Part shown: in pieces, positions 7,891 through 17,030 of the stretch | How the letters are laid out: each line of letters opens with the position of its first letter | Position numbering within the stretch: the first letter of the stretch is position 1 | Sequence record: NC_017972.1 | DNA length: 64,000 bases | Direction: 5' to 3' (one strand) | Program-made: the position numbers and the translations under genes | Notes under the pieces: generated by a model | The model's input: the letters and a program-made list of their open reading frames with translations, nothing else | Told to the model about the DNA's origin: nothing | Database searches by the model: none

Positions 7891-9411
7891 ATGGCAAAGA
7901 CCGTAGCGAAAACCAAAAAAGTAGACCTTGAACTCCCGAAAACGTCGAAGGGCAAAGTACCTGCCGCCCCGGCGAAGAAAGCAGCCAAAGGCAAAGAAGT
8001 TGCAGTAAAAGCTACAAACGTTTTCGATCCGTATGCGAATCTTGAAGACGAACTGGATAATATGGAGAAAAAGGTCGGCCTGACCTCTATCTCCGTAAAC
8101 GAAAAAGAAGACCGACTCGACGCCGGTAACTTGTGCTTGAACCTGCAAATGGCTGGCGGTTTGCTGGCTGGCGGTTGGTACACTTTCTATGGTGCTGAGC
8201 AGTCGTGTAAAACCACGCTTGCAACAACCGTGATGGGTTCCATTGTTCGGAACTTGGCGTTTCAGGGTAAAGCGTTTTTCTTCGACTACGAAGGTTCGTT
8301 CTCCGCTGAATACGCCAACCAAATGTGGGCATACAACGGCGGCGGCAAAGCCTCGCAAGCAGACGAAGTTTTCGGCCAGCGTGGTCGTGACGGCGAATGG
8401 ATTATCAAACCACGAATTCGTAGCTACTCGCCTGCGGTAGGTGAGACTTTCTACAACTCGATGGCGAAGGTTCTCAAATCGCTGCCGTCTGTTCTGAAAA
8501 TCGAAGGCGAATACTTCTACATTTACGACAACACCAAAGCCAACCAGAAAATGGTCAAGGGGTTGTACGATACGAAGTATTTCAAGAAATTCAACAAGTT
8601 CAAAGTTCCGGCGCCGCACGGTTTGCCGCAAGCTGTGTTCCTTGTTGACTCCTACCCGGCCATGCTGTCGAAGCGTATGGACGAAGACGAGGAAGGCAAA
8701 GACGGTCTGGCATCGCAAGCGCGTATGCACGCCGATGGTATCAAACGCGTTAAAGGTTACATGAAAGAAAAACGCGTTATGGTTCTCGGTATTAACCAGC
8801 TGCGTTCCGTGCCGATGGTAATGTACGGACCGACCGAGCAAGAGCCTTGCGGTCAAGCGCTCAAGTATTTCTCCGACGCGCGTTTCCGTATGTCGCCAAT
8901 TGCAATTCCGCACGGCGGCGGCACAAACGGTCTGGAGCAGGAACCGTCGATCACTGGCGAAGGCGTAGACACCTATCGCTATATCAAGTGCCACGCATTC
9001 AAAAACAAACTGGGTGGCCCGCAAAAGTCGAATATGATTTTGCGTCTGTACGTTTCCAACGCGAACGGCGAAGCGCTGGGCTTTGACCGCGTGTGGGACT
9101 GCTACACCTACCTGAAAGAAACCGGCCAAGTCGGCGGCAATCGCTCGAAAATCAAATTCCTCGAAGGTACTCCATTTGCAGGAAACACCCTGACATGGAT
9201 GGACTTCAAGAAAATGATCGACGGCGACAAAGAGCTGATCAAAGCCGCCTGCGAAAAAATGGGTATCAAGCCTATTCGTATTTACGAATGGTGCCGTAAG
9301 CAAATCCAATCCGGCGACGGCTACGATTTGTATCTTGATCAAATCAAGAATACCCACACCAAGAAAGCAGCCAAAGCCGCTGAGAAGGGCGACGGAGACG
9401 ACGAAGAGTGA
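7891..9411 (+). CDS. recA: RecA/UvsX-like recombinase
   Basis: Walker A-like GAEQSCKTT, FFDYEG, Walker B VFLVDS, LASQAR, INQLR, GQALKYFSDAR. Confidence 0.88.
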   Translation: MAKTVAKTKKVDLELPKTSKGKVPAAPAKKAAKGKEVAVKATNVFDPYANLEDELDNMEKKVGLTSISVNEKEDRLDAGNLCLNLQMAGGLLAGGWYTFYGAEQSCKTTLATTVMGSIVRNLAFQGKAFFFDYEGSFSAEYANQMWAYNGGGKASQADEVFGQRGRDGEWIIKPRIRSYSPAVGETFYNSMAKVLKSLPSVLKIEGEYFYIYDNTKANQKMVKGLYDTKYFKKFNKFKVPAPHGLPQAVFLVDSYPAMLSKRMDEDEEGKDGLASQARMHADGIKRVKGYMKEKRVMVLGINQLRSVPMVMYGPTEQEPCGQALKYFSDARFRMSPIAIPHGGGTNGLEQEPSITGEGVDTYRYIKCHAFKNKLGGPQKSNMILRLYVSNANGEALGFDRVWDCYTYLKETGQVGGNRSKIKFLEGTPFAGNTLTWMDFKKMIDGDKELIKAACEKMGIKPIRIYEWCRKQIQSGDGYDLYLDQIKNTHTKKAAKAAEKGDGDDEE

Positions 9412-9611
9412 CAGCAGAAAATTTGCGTACAGAAGTAACGGAAACGGTCGATGTTGCTACTGTGGAAATCGAAGCTTCGTTGCGTATGCTGCGCGGTGCC
9501 CAAGTTAAAGCAAATGCGGCTGGTACTGGTGGTGGCCGGGAAATCGCACTGGCGATTACCAACATCGAAACGGGTTTGCTGTGGCTGCGCGAAGGTGCGC
9601 AGAAAATCTGA
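9408..9611 (+). CDS. Small helical-hairpin protein, Acb2/Tad1-like
   Basis: GREIALAITNIETGLLWL resembles the RExxxAxTxLExxxxW hairpin of Tad1/Acb2-type sponges. Confidence 0.5.
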   Translation: MTAENLRTEVTETVDVATVEIEASLRMLRGAQVKANAAGTGGGREIALAITNIETGLLWLREGAQKI

Positions 9612-9624
9612 TGTAAACGAGATT

Positions 9625-9646
9625 GGGGCCTAGTGCCCCTTTCTTC
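9625..9646 (+). terminator. Intrinsic terminator
   Basis: GGGGC-ctagt-GCCCC followed by TTTCTT. Confidence 0.65.
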
Positions 9647-9669
9647 ATATGGGACGCAAGGATCACGAA

Positions 9670-10230
9670 ATGACAGAATCCATTTTGATTATTGAGAAGA
9701 CCGTAGAAGGTGACAACCTGCGGGTTTTCCGTGTGGCAATTCCCGAGCACCGCAAGCGCTCACAAATAATTTCCTACGGTGCGTTTCGCACACGGGAATT
9801 GAAGCGCGCCTTCCCAACGTTGCGCAAAGGCTACGCGGGCAAGATGAAAACGAATGCGCCTGCGGCAGTCTGGTACAACGTGCAATGGGATTGGGAAAGG
9901 GAATACGATCTTTTCCAAGGCGCATGGGAACGCACCTGCCTGATAGGTAAGCGCGAAGTTCCAGAACGCGCCACGAATAAAAACCAAATCAGACTCCACG
10001 ATCATTTGTTCGACATTATCGACGTGCCTGATTTGTTCCAGTTCTATGCGTTGATTGGTCACGCGTATCGAACGCAGAAATACACACACGAAAGCTTGGC
10101 ATTCCGAGCGCAAACCGATCCAATGGTGAGAACCGAGGTTATACGCGCTGGTCGGAAAACACGACCCCAGCTAGGCACTAGGCTTGACACGCCAGCCCCG
10201 TCTGTGGTAGGCGCGGGCCAGCCGCTCTAG
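9670..10230 (+). CDS. Hypothetical protein
   Basis: ORF of 186 aa with an AAGGA RBS; alternative start at 9649. Confidence 0.7.
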   Translation: MTESILIIEKTVEGDNLRVFRVAIPEHRKRSQIISYGAFRTRELKRAFPTLRKGYAGKMKTNAPAAVWYNVQWDWEREYDLFQGAWERTCLIGKREVPERATNKNQIRLHDHLFDIIDVPDLFQFYALIGHAYRTQKYTHESLAFRAQTDPMVRTEVIRAGRKTRPQLGTRLDTPAPSVVGAGQPL

Positions 10231-10604
10231 CCCGTGGGCCGGGGCCTCTAGGGCATAACTTCCGCTATGCCGTGACGTTGTGCTAAGTCATTGATTCCTG
10301 TACCATTGTGGGGTTGGGGAGAGTGTGCCCGGACGGTACACACTCACGGATTAAGGTAAGTTTCCGAACCAACGTAAATCAATAACAGGCTAACCATAGA
10401 GTAGTAGTAATGGACCGTATGGATATGATGTATCGGGTGCGAAGTGAGCACACCAATGGAAGCGAAAAAACAAATGGCCTCGCCTGTGTGGCAGTAAGGA
10501 TTCCCCCGTGTTGCGAATGAACGCAATGCAAATGTACGAATGGTAATTTTATATTACCGGGCCGATCTATTGGCCCAATCTACGTTTAACGGGGGCATTT
10601 TTCT

Positions 10605-11819
10605 GTGAAAACCAGTCGTTTCGATGAAATCCTCAAGGCGTTGCACGCCTTTGAAGACGGTATGGCTCAAGCTAAACTCAAATCGCGTCCGGCTATTTCC
10701 GAACGCTTGTCGAAAATCTCTTTGCTGTCTACAGCATTGATGAACGAAGGTAGTCTCCCTCCGGGCACGAAATCAACGTTGCTCAAAATCCGAAACCTCT
10801 GCAAAGATACCGTAGATGCACTCGATAACGGGCGTATTTCCAGTCTTACGGATGTTCGGCTATTCTCCCGCGATACGCTCGGCCCTGCCCACACAATGCT
10901 GCGCAAACAATTGGACGGCAAAGAAACTGCCGCCGATAAAGCGCAAATGCGTGAGTACGTCACCGACGAAGACAAGGCACCAGAAATCACTCGGTTGCTT
11001 GAAGCCTTTGATCCCGGCTCGCGCAACTATGGCGGCGAAACGCTTTCCATTGAAGAAATCAATGCACGCGTTGCGCAGTTCCTCGATCTGCATTTCTCGG
11101 CGTCCCAGCTTCGCAGTATTCGCCCTTACGTCCAAGGGGAAGCTACCCCCGGCGGCGAACCGAAAAAAGACCCCAATTGCGAATGGAACCACGTCACCTT
11201 TAAGGACATTGCCGACGCCTCTGGCTCCGATCCGAAAAGCCGTGCCCGCTTGTCGTCCCTCAAGCGTGAATTGGTTCAAAAGCATGACGATGCAATGGCA
11301 ACTATCGCGCTTTCTTATCGCGACATGAACCGCCGTTTGCCGTCGAAAATGCGCGTTCCGTTTGAAGTGATTTACTTCCCCGTTGTCCCTCTGTTCGACG
11401 ATGCGATGGGCGCCAGCAATAAACGCCTGATCAATGCCGGTCTGGACGTTACCTACGTCGGCGATCATTTCCCGGTATTGGAAAACCAATTGCTGCTCTG
11501 CCTAGACCTCGATAAGCTGGGCATTAAAGAGGCGTTTAAGAAAGTCGGGAATCACGAAGAGGCCCGATTGAAAACTGTAAATAATAAAGAAGAGACAGCA
11601 TTTACCATTAGCCGTATCATTGAGGATATCAATGGCATTGCCGAACGCAACGGCCATCGATTTGCCCTCGCTTCTGATCGGATTGTGCGTAACCCAAAAA
11701 ACCCGCGAATCGCCCTCGCGTGGTTGCTTGACGAACGCATTCGTAAAAAGCTCGCCTCCGTGTTGAACAGCGTTCGCGTTGATTGGGATATCCCATACCA
11801 CGGTGAGAAAAAGGATTGA
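10605..11819 (+). CDS. Hypothetical protein (404 aa)
   Basis: Long ORF with a GTG start; first gene after the 375-bp intergenic region. Confidence 0.8.
   Translation: MKTSRFDEILKALHAFEDGMAQAKLKSRPAISERLSKISLLSTALMNEGSLPPGTKSTLLKIRNLCKDTVDALDNGRISSLTDVRLFSRDTLGPAHTMLRKQLDGKETAADKAQMREYVTDEDKAPEITRLLEAFDPGSRNYGGETLSIEEINARVAQFLDLHFSASQLRSIRPYVQGEATPGGEPKKDPNCEWNHVTFKDIADASGSDPKSRARLSSLKRELVQKHDDAMATIALSYRDMNRRLPSKMRVPFEVIYFPVVPLFDDAMGASNKRLINAGLDVTYVGDHFPVLENQLLLCLDLDKLGIKEAFKKVGNHEEARLKTVNNKEETAFTISRIIEDINGIAERNGHRFALASDRIVRNPKNPRIALAWLLDERIRKKLASVLNSVRVDWDIPYHGEKKD
11571..11583 (+). promoter_or_regulatory. AAWACTGTAAATR motif copy 4 (inside a CDS)
   Basis: AAAACTGTAAATA, about 230 nt upstream of the HNH gene. 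Confidence 0.45.
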
Positions 11820-12406
11820 GCACTGAGTTCTACAAAGAGGGCGATTGCACTATTTGCGAAAAGTGGTTTCCGCTTCTTCATTGGCACCATACAATCCCGC
11901 AGTCTCTCGGTGGCAAAAATAGTAAGCAAATCCCTCTTTGTGCTCAATGCCACAACATTCTCCATGCCCATGCGCTGGCGATTGTTGCGAAACGAAAAAG
12001 TGGTCGGCAAATCCGCAAGCAATACTGGACAAGCCCAACCATGGAAAACAACGCAGGCCAGTGGCTAAAAATACTGGTAGAGGCGATCATGAGCGACGAA
12101 TCTGTTTCAGGAAAACAGTACGTCATGCAGTTCACGGCGCCCCCTGCTTTGCATACCGCACTGCATCTGTTCAAATCGGACAGCAACGTGTCATCGCTAG
12201 AGAAGGCGATGATATTGGCAATTAGCGAAACTTTACGGAATAGGGGCTATCTGGACAATGGGCACGAACGACGTAGCGCACCCACGAATCAAAACGCTGA
12301 TGGGGAACGAGGCAGCGGACAAAGATGCGGTGCAGGAACGGCAACGTCTGAAACGACAAAAGGAGTATCAGGCAGAAAAAGGAAGCCTGAAACCAACTTG
12401 TGGTGA
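11816..12406 (+). CDS. HNH endonuclease-like protein with a possible ribbon-helix-helix C-terminal domain
   Basis: CTIC...LHWHHTIPQSLGGKN...LCAQCH. Confidence 0.75.
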   Translation: MSTEFYKEGDCTICEKWFPLLHWHHTIPQSLGGKNSKQIPLCAQCHNILHAHALAIVAKRKSGRQIRKQYWTSPTMENNAGQWLKILVEAIMSDESVSGKQYVMQFTAPPALHTALHLFKSDSNVSSLEKAMILAISETLRNRGYLDNGHERRSAPTNQNADGERGSGQRCGAGTATSETTKGVSGRKRKPETNLW

Positions 12407-13298
12407 TTGCGCTGGGTTTGAAAGCGTCTCGCTTATTCCCGGTAAGGAAATGCCTTGCAACCGTCAAGGCATTGGAGCATTCAGCAAAACTTGTCGGCGT
12501 TATGTACCCGAGACTGGTTTCCTGCGAGAAACCAAACGGGATATCATTCTGAAACAGGTCGAGAATTCTGATGAAGAAATCGAAATCGACGAGAATGATA
12601 AAAGTCTGGATGAACCAGTGTTCCCGGCTACCGCCATTTCTGACTTGGGCGCCTTGATCGGCATCATGTCGGACCGGTCGCTGCGGGCATTCGGTCTGCT
12701 GCTGGTAAACGAAAAGAAAACCCGTGACCAAGGGTTCCGTTTCATGCAGAAGGTTTTCGTTCGCTATCGCGGCCAACGTAACCGCAATTATGTCTCCAAT
12801 TTCCTTGAGGCGTATGTCTACTACGCCACCCCGCGCATTTTCAAACTGATTAGCGCGGATGGTCGCTGCGTCCTGACCTACGATGTTGGTTGCCGCCCGG
12901 TGATTTACACCGAGTCGGAATTCCAGCCGATTTACGAAGGTATGCTTGAGCGCGGCGCCCTGCTTGATCCTGATACAGTGTCGCTGATTTCCAACCGCTG
13001 GCGCTGCGTAGAGGAACACGAACTCGGTCTGTCGGGCATGATCGACAAGATCGCAGTCAGCACAATTGACGATGTATTCTCTGCGAACAACATTCGCAAA
13101 GACAGCAAGAAAAAAGAACTGCCCAACCTCGTTACGCTCGTATCTGCATTGGCCGAAGGCTATCAAAATGTGGATAAAGAATCCAAGATTTACGACAAGG
13201 AAGTTAAGCGCAATCGTGGCGAGTCTGAAAAGGCTCCGCGTCGCAGCTCCGGTGTCCGGGTTCTTACTGTTCGTGGTGATGAAGGGGAAGATGAATAA
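12258..13298 (+). CDS. Hypothetical protein with an N-terminal Cys cluster
   Basis: CGDC...C...C motif; stop overlaps the next start; the start is uncertain (12258 or 12300). Confidence 0.75.
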   Translation: MGTNDVAHPRIKTLMGNEAADKDAVQERQRLKRQKEYQAEKGSLKPTCGDCAGFESVSLIPGKEMPCNRQGIGAFSKTCRRYVPETGFLRETKRDIILKQVENSDEEIEIDENDKSLDEPVFPATAISDLGALIGIMSDRSLRAFGLLLVNEKKTRDQGFRFMQKVFVRYRGQRNRNYVSNFLEAYVYYATPRIFKLISADGRCVLTYDVGCRPVIYTESEFQPIYEGMLERGALLDPDTVSLISNRWRCVEEHELGLSGMIDKIAVSTIDDVFSANNIRKDSKKKELPNLVTLVSALAEGYQNVDKESKIYDKEVKRNRGESEKAPRRSSGVRVLTVRGDEGEDE

Positions 13299-14407
13299 TG
13301 TTGGTTGAATACGTTGCTGAATTGGGCCTCGATCCGCATTCCCGTGACGGCCTGTTGCTGCTGGAAGAGTGCGTTTTGTGTCTGGCTGGTGTGAACTCTG
13401 CTTTTGCGTTCCAACACAACGTCAAAGGCATTGATACCGGCCCGTCTGGTCTGAGTGGTAAACTGATCCGGTTGAAATTGCAGGAACACAGCTATCGGAT
13501 GCTGAACGTGAAATACGCGGCGCTGTATCTGTCCCTGCTCCCGAACAAACCGGAATCCTACGAAAAGCTACGGCCTATGCTGGCTGCGCCTGACGTGGAT
13601 TTGTTCAAGCATTTGTTTGCACGTCGCAAGTTCAAGAGTGCCGTAAAGGCACGCGCAAAATATCTGAAAGTCGGTATCAATGATGTTTGTCCGAAGGCAA
13701 TGCACCGGGACCACAAACGCTTTGACGCATACTACCCGAAAATCATGACTCACATTAACGCTCGCGTCGGCGCAAAGCTGCGCTTCCTGATGCGGGCTGA
13801 GAACATGGTAAGACAGGACTTGTCGCGGGATTTGATGTGTAAGACTTTGCGCTCTTACTACTCGCTGTTGCCCACTAAGCAACCCGAGGCGTACATTCTG
13901 AATTACTTGCGGCGCTCGGCATCGAACGAAACAACCAACATCATCGAAAAATATACAACCGATAAACGCCGCCGCATGATCGACGTGGGCGACGACGGTT
14001 TCGGTGGTCGGGAATACGATGTGATCTGCCGTAGTGAAAACCAAACCGGCGTAGGTGAAACCGAAGGCATGACGGAATTCGCAATGCTGATGGAAGACGT
14101 GGTAGACCCCACCACGCAACACCTCGACTCTTCGATCCTGATTCACCGTTTGTTCAAACGTTTTACCGGGCGCAAGCTCAAAGCTCTGCAAATTTTGGCC
14201 GGTGGTGTGGACGACGGCTTCAATCGTTACCTGCGCAAAAACAACCGCCTGAAACACGGGCAGGACCATACGCTGTTCCAGTCTCGCGTTTCGCACGTTT
14301 CGTTTTTGGAAACACTGGCGCACTACTTGGGTGTGTATATCGAACCTTTCATGAAGTTTGTGCAGTCCATCGGACGGATGCTTACTGCGCATGAGGAATT
14401 TGCTTAA
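13298..14407 (+). CDS. Hypothetical protein, possibly a second divergent sigma-like factor
   Basis: RQDLSRDLMCK...YILNYLRRSASNETTNIIEK (region 2-like) and a C-terminal LETLAHYLGV (region 4/HTH-like); weak similarity. Confidence 0.4.
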   Translation: MLVEYVAELGLDPHSRDGLLLLEECVLCLAGVNSAFAFQHNVKGIDTGPSGLSGKLIRLKLQEHSYRMLNVKYAALYLSLLPNKPESYEKLRPMLAAPDVDLFKHLFARRKFKSAVKARAKYLKVGINDVCPKAMHRDHKRFDAYYPKIMTHINARVGAKLRFLMRAENMVRQDLSRDLMCKTLRSYYSLLPTKQPEAYILNYLRRSASNETTNIIEKYTTDKRRRMIDVGDDGFGGREYDVICRSENQTGVGETEGMTEFAMLMEDVVDPTTQHLDSSILIHRLFKRFTGRKLKALQILAGGVDDGFNRYLRKNNRLKHGQDHTLFQSRVSHVSFLETLAHYLGVYIEPFMKFVQSIGRMLTAHEEFA

Positions 14408-14763
14408 TGTCTGATTTATTTGATCGGGAAGCAGAAGCACTTGCGCTCTGGAAAGTCGAGGCCACGCTGTCGTACAAACGGCATATCATGGTCAACCTGT
14501 ACGATTTGATTCGGCAGGCACACAATCAGACAGACTCTTGGCTGTTTGTTGCGTTGCGGCACCGCTGCCACAACCTGACAAGAACTGAGTTTGAGTGCGC
14601 GCTGGCTTCGCTCAAAGCTTTTGACGTGGTTGGGATTTATCCGGTGCCCGGTGCAGACGGTGAATTTTTCCACGTCAATCGCAAGAAGACGAATGCCCCG
14701 GCATGGAAAAAATATACAAAACGCCTCCGCGCCATCAGCCGAACGCAGGTGGCCCCGCAGTAG
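14407..14763 (+). CDS. Hypothetical protein (118 aa)
   Basis: ORF coupled to the upstream gene by TAATG. Confidence 0.7.
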   Translation: MSDLFDREAEALALWKVEATLSYKRHIMVNLYDLIRQAHNQTDSWLFVALRHRCHNLTRTEFECALASLKAFDVVGIYPVPGADGEFFHVNRKKTNAPAWKKYTKRLRAISRTQVAPQ

Positions 14764-14773
14764 CAGGTAAACT

Positions 14774-16252
14774 ATGCAGATTCACAGTCAGACCGCTGAA
14801 CTCCGGGCGTTGCTCACAGTAACGACCAAAAAGTTAAAGGAAGACAAGCGAACTCTGTGGCTCGGCAAACTCAATAAAGACCATTTTTACACGCCACCGC
14901 TGCGACAAGCTTTCGAGCGAATCACAGCGCTGGCGCGTAAGCGTTTCCAAATCATCAGCTGGAAAAGTCTGCTTGAAGACCCCAGCCTAGACGAAGACAT
15001 TCGCGATATTCTGGCAGAAGTTGACGAAAAACCCTGCCTCAAGAAATCGCAGATGAAGGAGACGCTGGAAACCCTAGAGGAATTCCGAAAAATCCGGCTC
15101 ATGAATGACGTGGCCGAACAGATTTTCAAATCCCTTGATGGAACCGCCGTCGATATTGACAAGCTTGTTGGTCAAGTCGCTGAAAAAGTTACGAAGGCTA
15201 CAAACGCAAAACACCAAGACGTTTTCTTCCTGCGTTTTGGTAAAGACTCAAACAGTGATGAAATCACCGAACAGATTTGTCGAAACGAAACCCTGCCGCG
15301 CATCACGACCGGCATGGCGGAATACGATAAAACGAACGGTGGTTTCCCCGACTCTGGTGTGGTCATTATGGCCGCTACCACGTCGGGCGGTAAATCCACG
15401 ATTGCAATGAACGTGGCTTTGCACATGTACTTCAACGAGAACATGAGCGTTTTCCGTATCTCGTTGGAAATGCAGGAAATTCAAGAAACCCAGCGTATGT
15501 ATGCGCATATGACTGGCGTGCCCCTATCTCGGTTCAAGCACGCGAAGCTTACCGAAGACGACAAGCGCAAAATCCGCAAGGCAAAAGCCAAGCTCGCCAA
15601 GCACGGCGACAAGCACGAAATTCACCACACAATCCATTGCCCCAAGGGCGGATTGTCGATGGAAGAGGCGTTGCAGCTGGCTAAGCCTTTCGGCTACAAA
15701 GTTATTGTGGTGGACTACGTTGGTCTGTTGGATGAAAAGTCCGATAAAGACCAATGGAAAATGTTGATGGACGCGGCGCGTATTGCGAAGAACTACACGC
15801 AAGAAACCGGCGCCCTTGTTATCCTGCTGGCACAGCTCGATGACGAAAGCGATAAGCTGCGTTACTCCAAGGGTATGAAGGAACACGCCGATACCCTGAT
15901 CCAGTGGAACTACGCCCGCCTTGAACAGCGCGAATTGAAATTGATTCCGATGTTTGTTGCTAAGGATCGGGACGGTGAATCTAACTGGGGCTTCGATATG
16001 GAGGAACGCTTCGACATTATGTCCGTATTCAACCCCGGCACTCAGACGGGTGCATCGTCTGGTGGAGGAAATCTTGAGTTTGAAGAAGACGCCGACGAAG
16101 GAAAAGCCAAAAAAGGTAAAAAGAAAAAAGGAACCAAAAAGCTCGAAAAGACCAGCGTTGACCTTGAGCATGAACTCAACCCCGGTAAAAAGAAAAAGAA
16201 AAGCAAAGTTAGGCTTATCGGGTCTGACGATGGGCCAGCCGCTCTCTCTTAG
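14774..16252 (+). CDS. dnaB: DnaB-like replicative helicase
   Basis: MAATTSGGKST Walker A, ISLEM, VVDYVGL Walker B, LAQL. Confidence 0.92.
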   Translation: MQIHSQTAELRALLTVTTKKLKEDKRTLWLGKLNKDHFYTPPLRQAFERITALARKRFQIISWKSLLEDPSLDEDIRDILAEVDEKPCLKKSQMKETLETLEEFRKIRLMNDVAEQIFKSLDGTAVDIDKLVGQVAEKVTKATNAKHQDVFFLRFGKDSNSDEITEQICRNETLPRITTGMAEYDKTNGGFPDSGVVIMAATTSGGKSTIAMNVALHMYFNENMSVFRISLEMQEIQETQRMYAHMTGVPLSRFKHAKLTEDDKRKIRKAKAKLAKHGDKHEIHHTIHCPKGGLSMEEALQLAKPFGYKVIVVDYVGLLDEKSDKDQWKMLMDAARIAKNYTQETGALVILLAQLDDESDKLRYSKGMKEHADTLIQWNYARLEQRELKLIPMFVAKDRDGESNWGFDMEERFDIMSVFNPGTQTGASSGGGNLEFEEDADEGKAKKGKKKKGTKKLEKTSVDLEHELNPGKKKKKSKVRLIGSDDGPAALS

Positions 16253-16256
16253 AGAA

Positions 16257-17030
16257 ATGCGTGCCCGGACGATTGACAAGATCGCCGGGTATGTCAGGCT
16301 GGAGCGTGGGGATAATTTCCCCACGCATAACATATTTGAAGTTGAACATGATCCAGTGCCGGACGGTGTGTTTCTCGCCGATCCGGCGATTCCCCCGTGG
16401 CGATACTCCAAAGCATTGATGATGCAGGATATCCAACCACGGGAACCGGAACATCATCACGAAAATATCAACTACTTTGACGACGCAGAACTTCCACTGT
16501 CGATGAACGAAGTGGAAGTGCCTGATTCGGAATTGGTTGATTTCAACGATCTATATTCGTCGCGCTCGGCAGAGTTTAAATCACTCTTCTACAAGAGCGC
16601 GGCATCTGTTGGTGCTCTTTCTGACGCCGCTGATTATGTGGAGGCTGCTTTGCGAAGCGGCCTCGACATTGACGTAGAAATGGATGAAGCATTAGCAGAA
16701 GCTTTTGTGCATGTTACCCGCCTCGATGCAGTTGCCGCTATGGCGCGCACTACTGCCCTCACGCAAGATCAACAAAACTCCTTTATCGAAAAGATCACGT
16801 CGCTATTTGCCGACCGCACAATGCTCGCAATTAGCCAGCATGATACGGCAGCTGCGCAACGCCGCAACCTGCATACCGCCGCACAAGCCCGTGAACTTTA
16901 CGCCCGTGTCCGCGCTTCAAACTCCCCACGAAATCCGCAAAATCCCCGAGCTGACTTTGATCCCGACCAACAAGGAACATTTGCGCCCCAGCACCAAACC
17001 CAGCTGGGCGTTAGAGGTGCGCGCCGATGA
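16257..17030 (+). CDS. Hypothetical protein (257 aa) directly upstream of the terminase
   Basis: ATG at 16257, just after the dnaB stop; the track's start at 15954 lies inside dnaB. Confidence 0.7.
   Translation: MRARTIDKIAGYVRLERGDNFPTHNIFEVEHDPVPDGVFLADPAIPPWRYSKALMMQDIQPREPEHHHENINYFDDAELPLSMNEVEVPDSELVDFNDLYSSRSAEFKSLFYKSAASVGALSDAADYVEAALRSGLDIDVEMDEALAEAFVHVTRLDAVAAMARTTALTQDQQNSFIEKITSLFADRTMLAISQHDTAAAQRRNLHTAAQARELYARVRASNSPRNPQNPRADFDPDQQGTFAPQHQTQLGVRGARR

Noticed and set aside
7837-9357. Long antisense ORFs opposite recA and many other genes (e.g. 22650-23831, 30601-32301, 51846-53087, 54019-55311)
   Set aside because: They mirror well-supported genes; they are expected from codon bias and have no recognisable motifs.
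10503-10595. Cloverleaf as a tRNA (7-bp closing stem; a 5-bp stem with a 7-nt loop centred on TTA, which would read ochre)
   Set aside because: No TTCRA T-loop, no D-loop GG, wrong linker lengths (15 and 12 nt), no purine at position 37 and no CCA. Kept only as a structured element.
15954-16256. N-terminal extension of the ORF upstream of the terminase
   Set aside because: Lies inside dnaB in another frame; ATG 16257 directly after the dnaB stop is more parsimonious.
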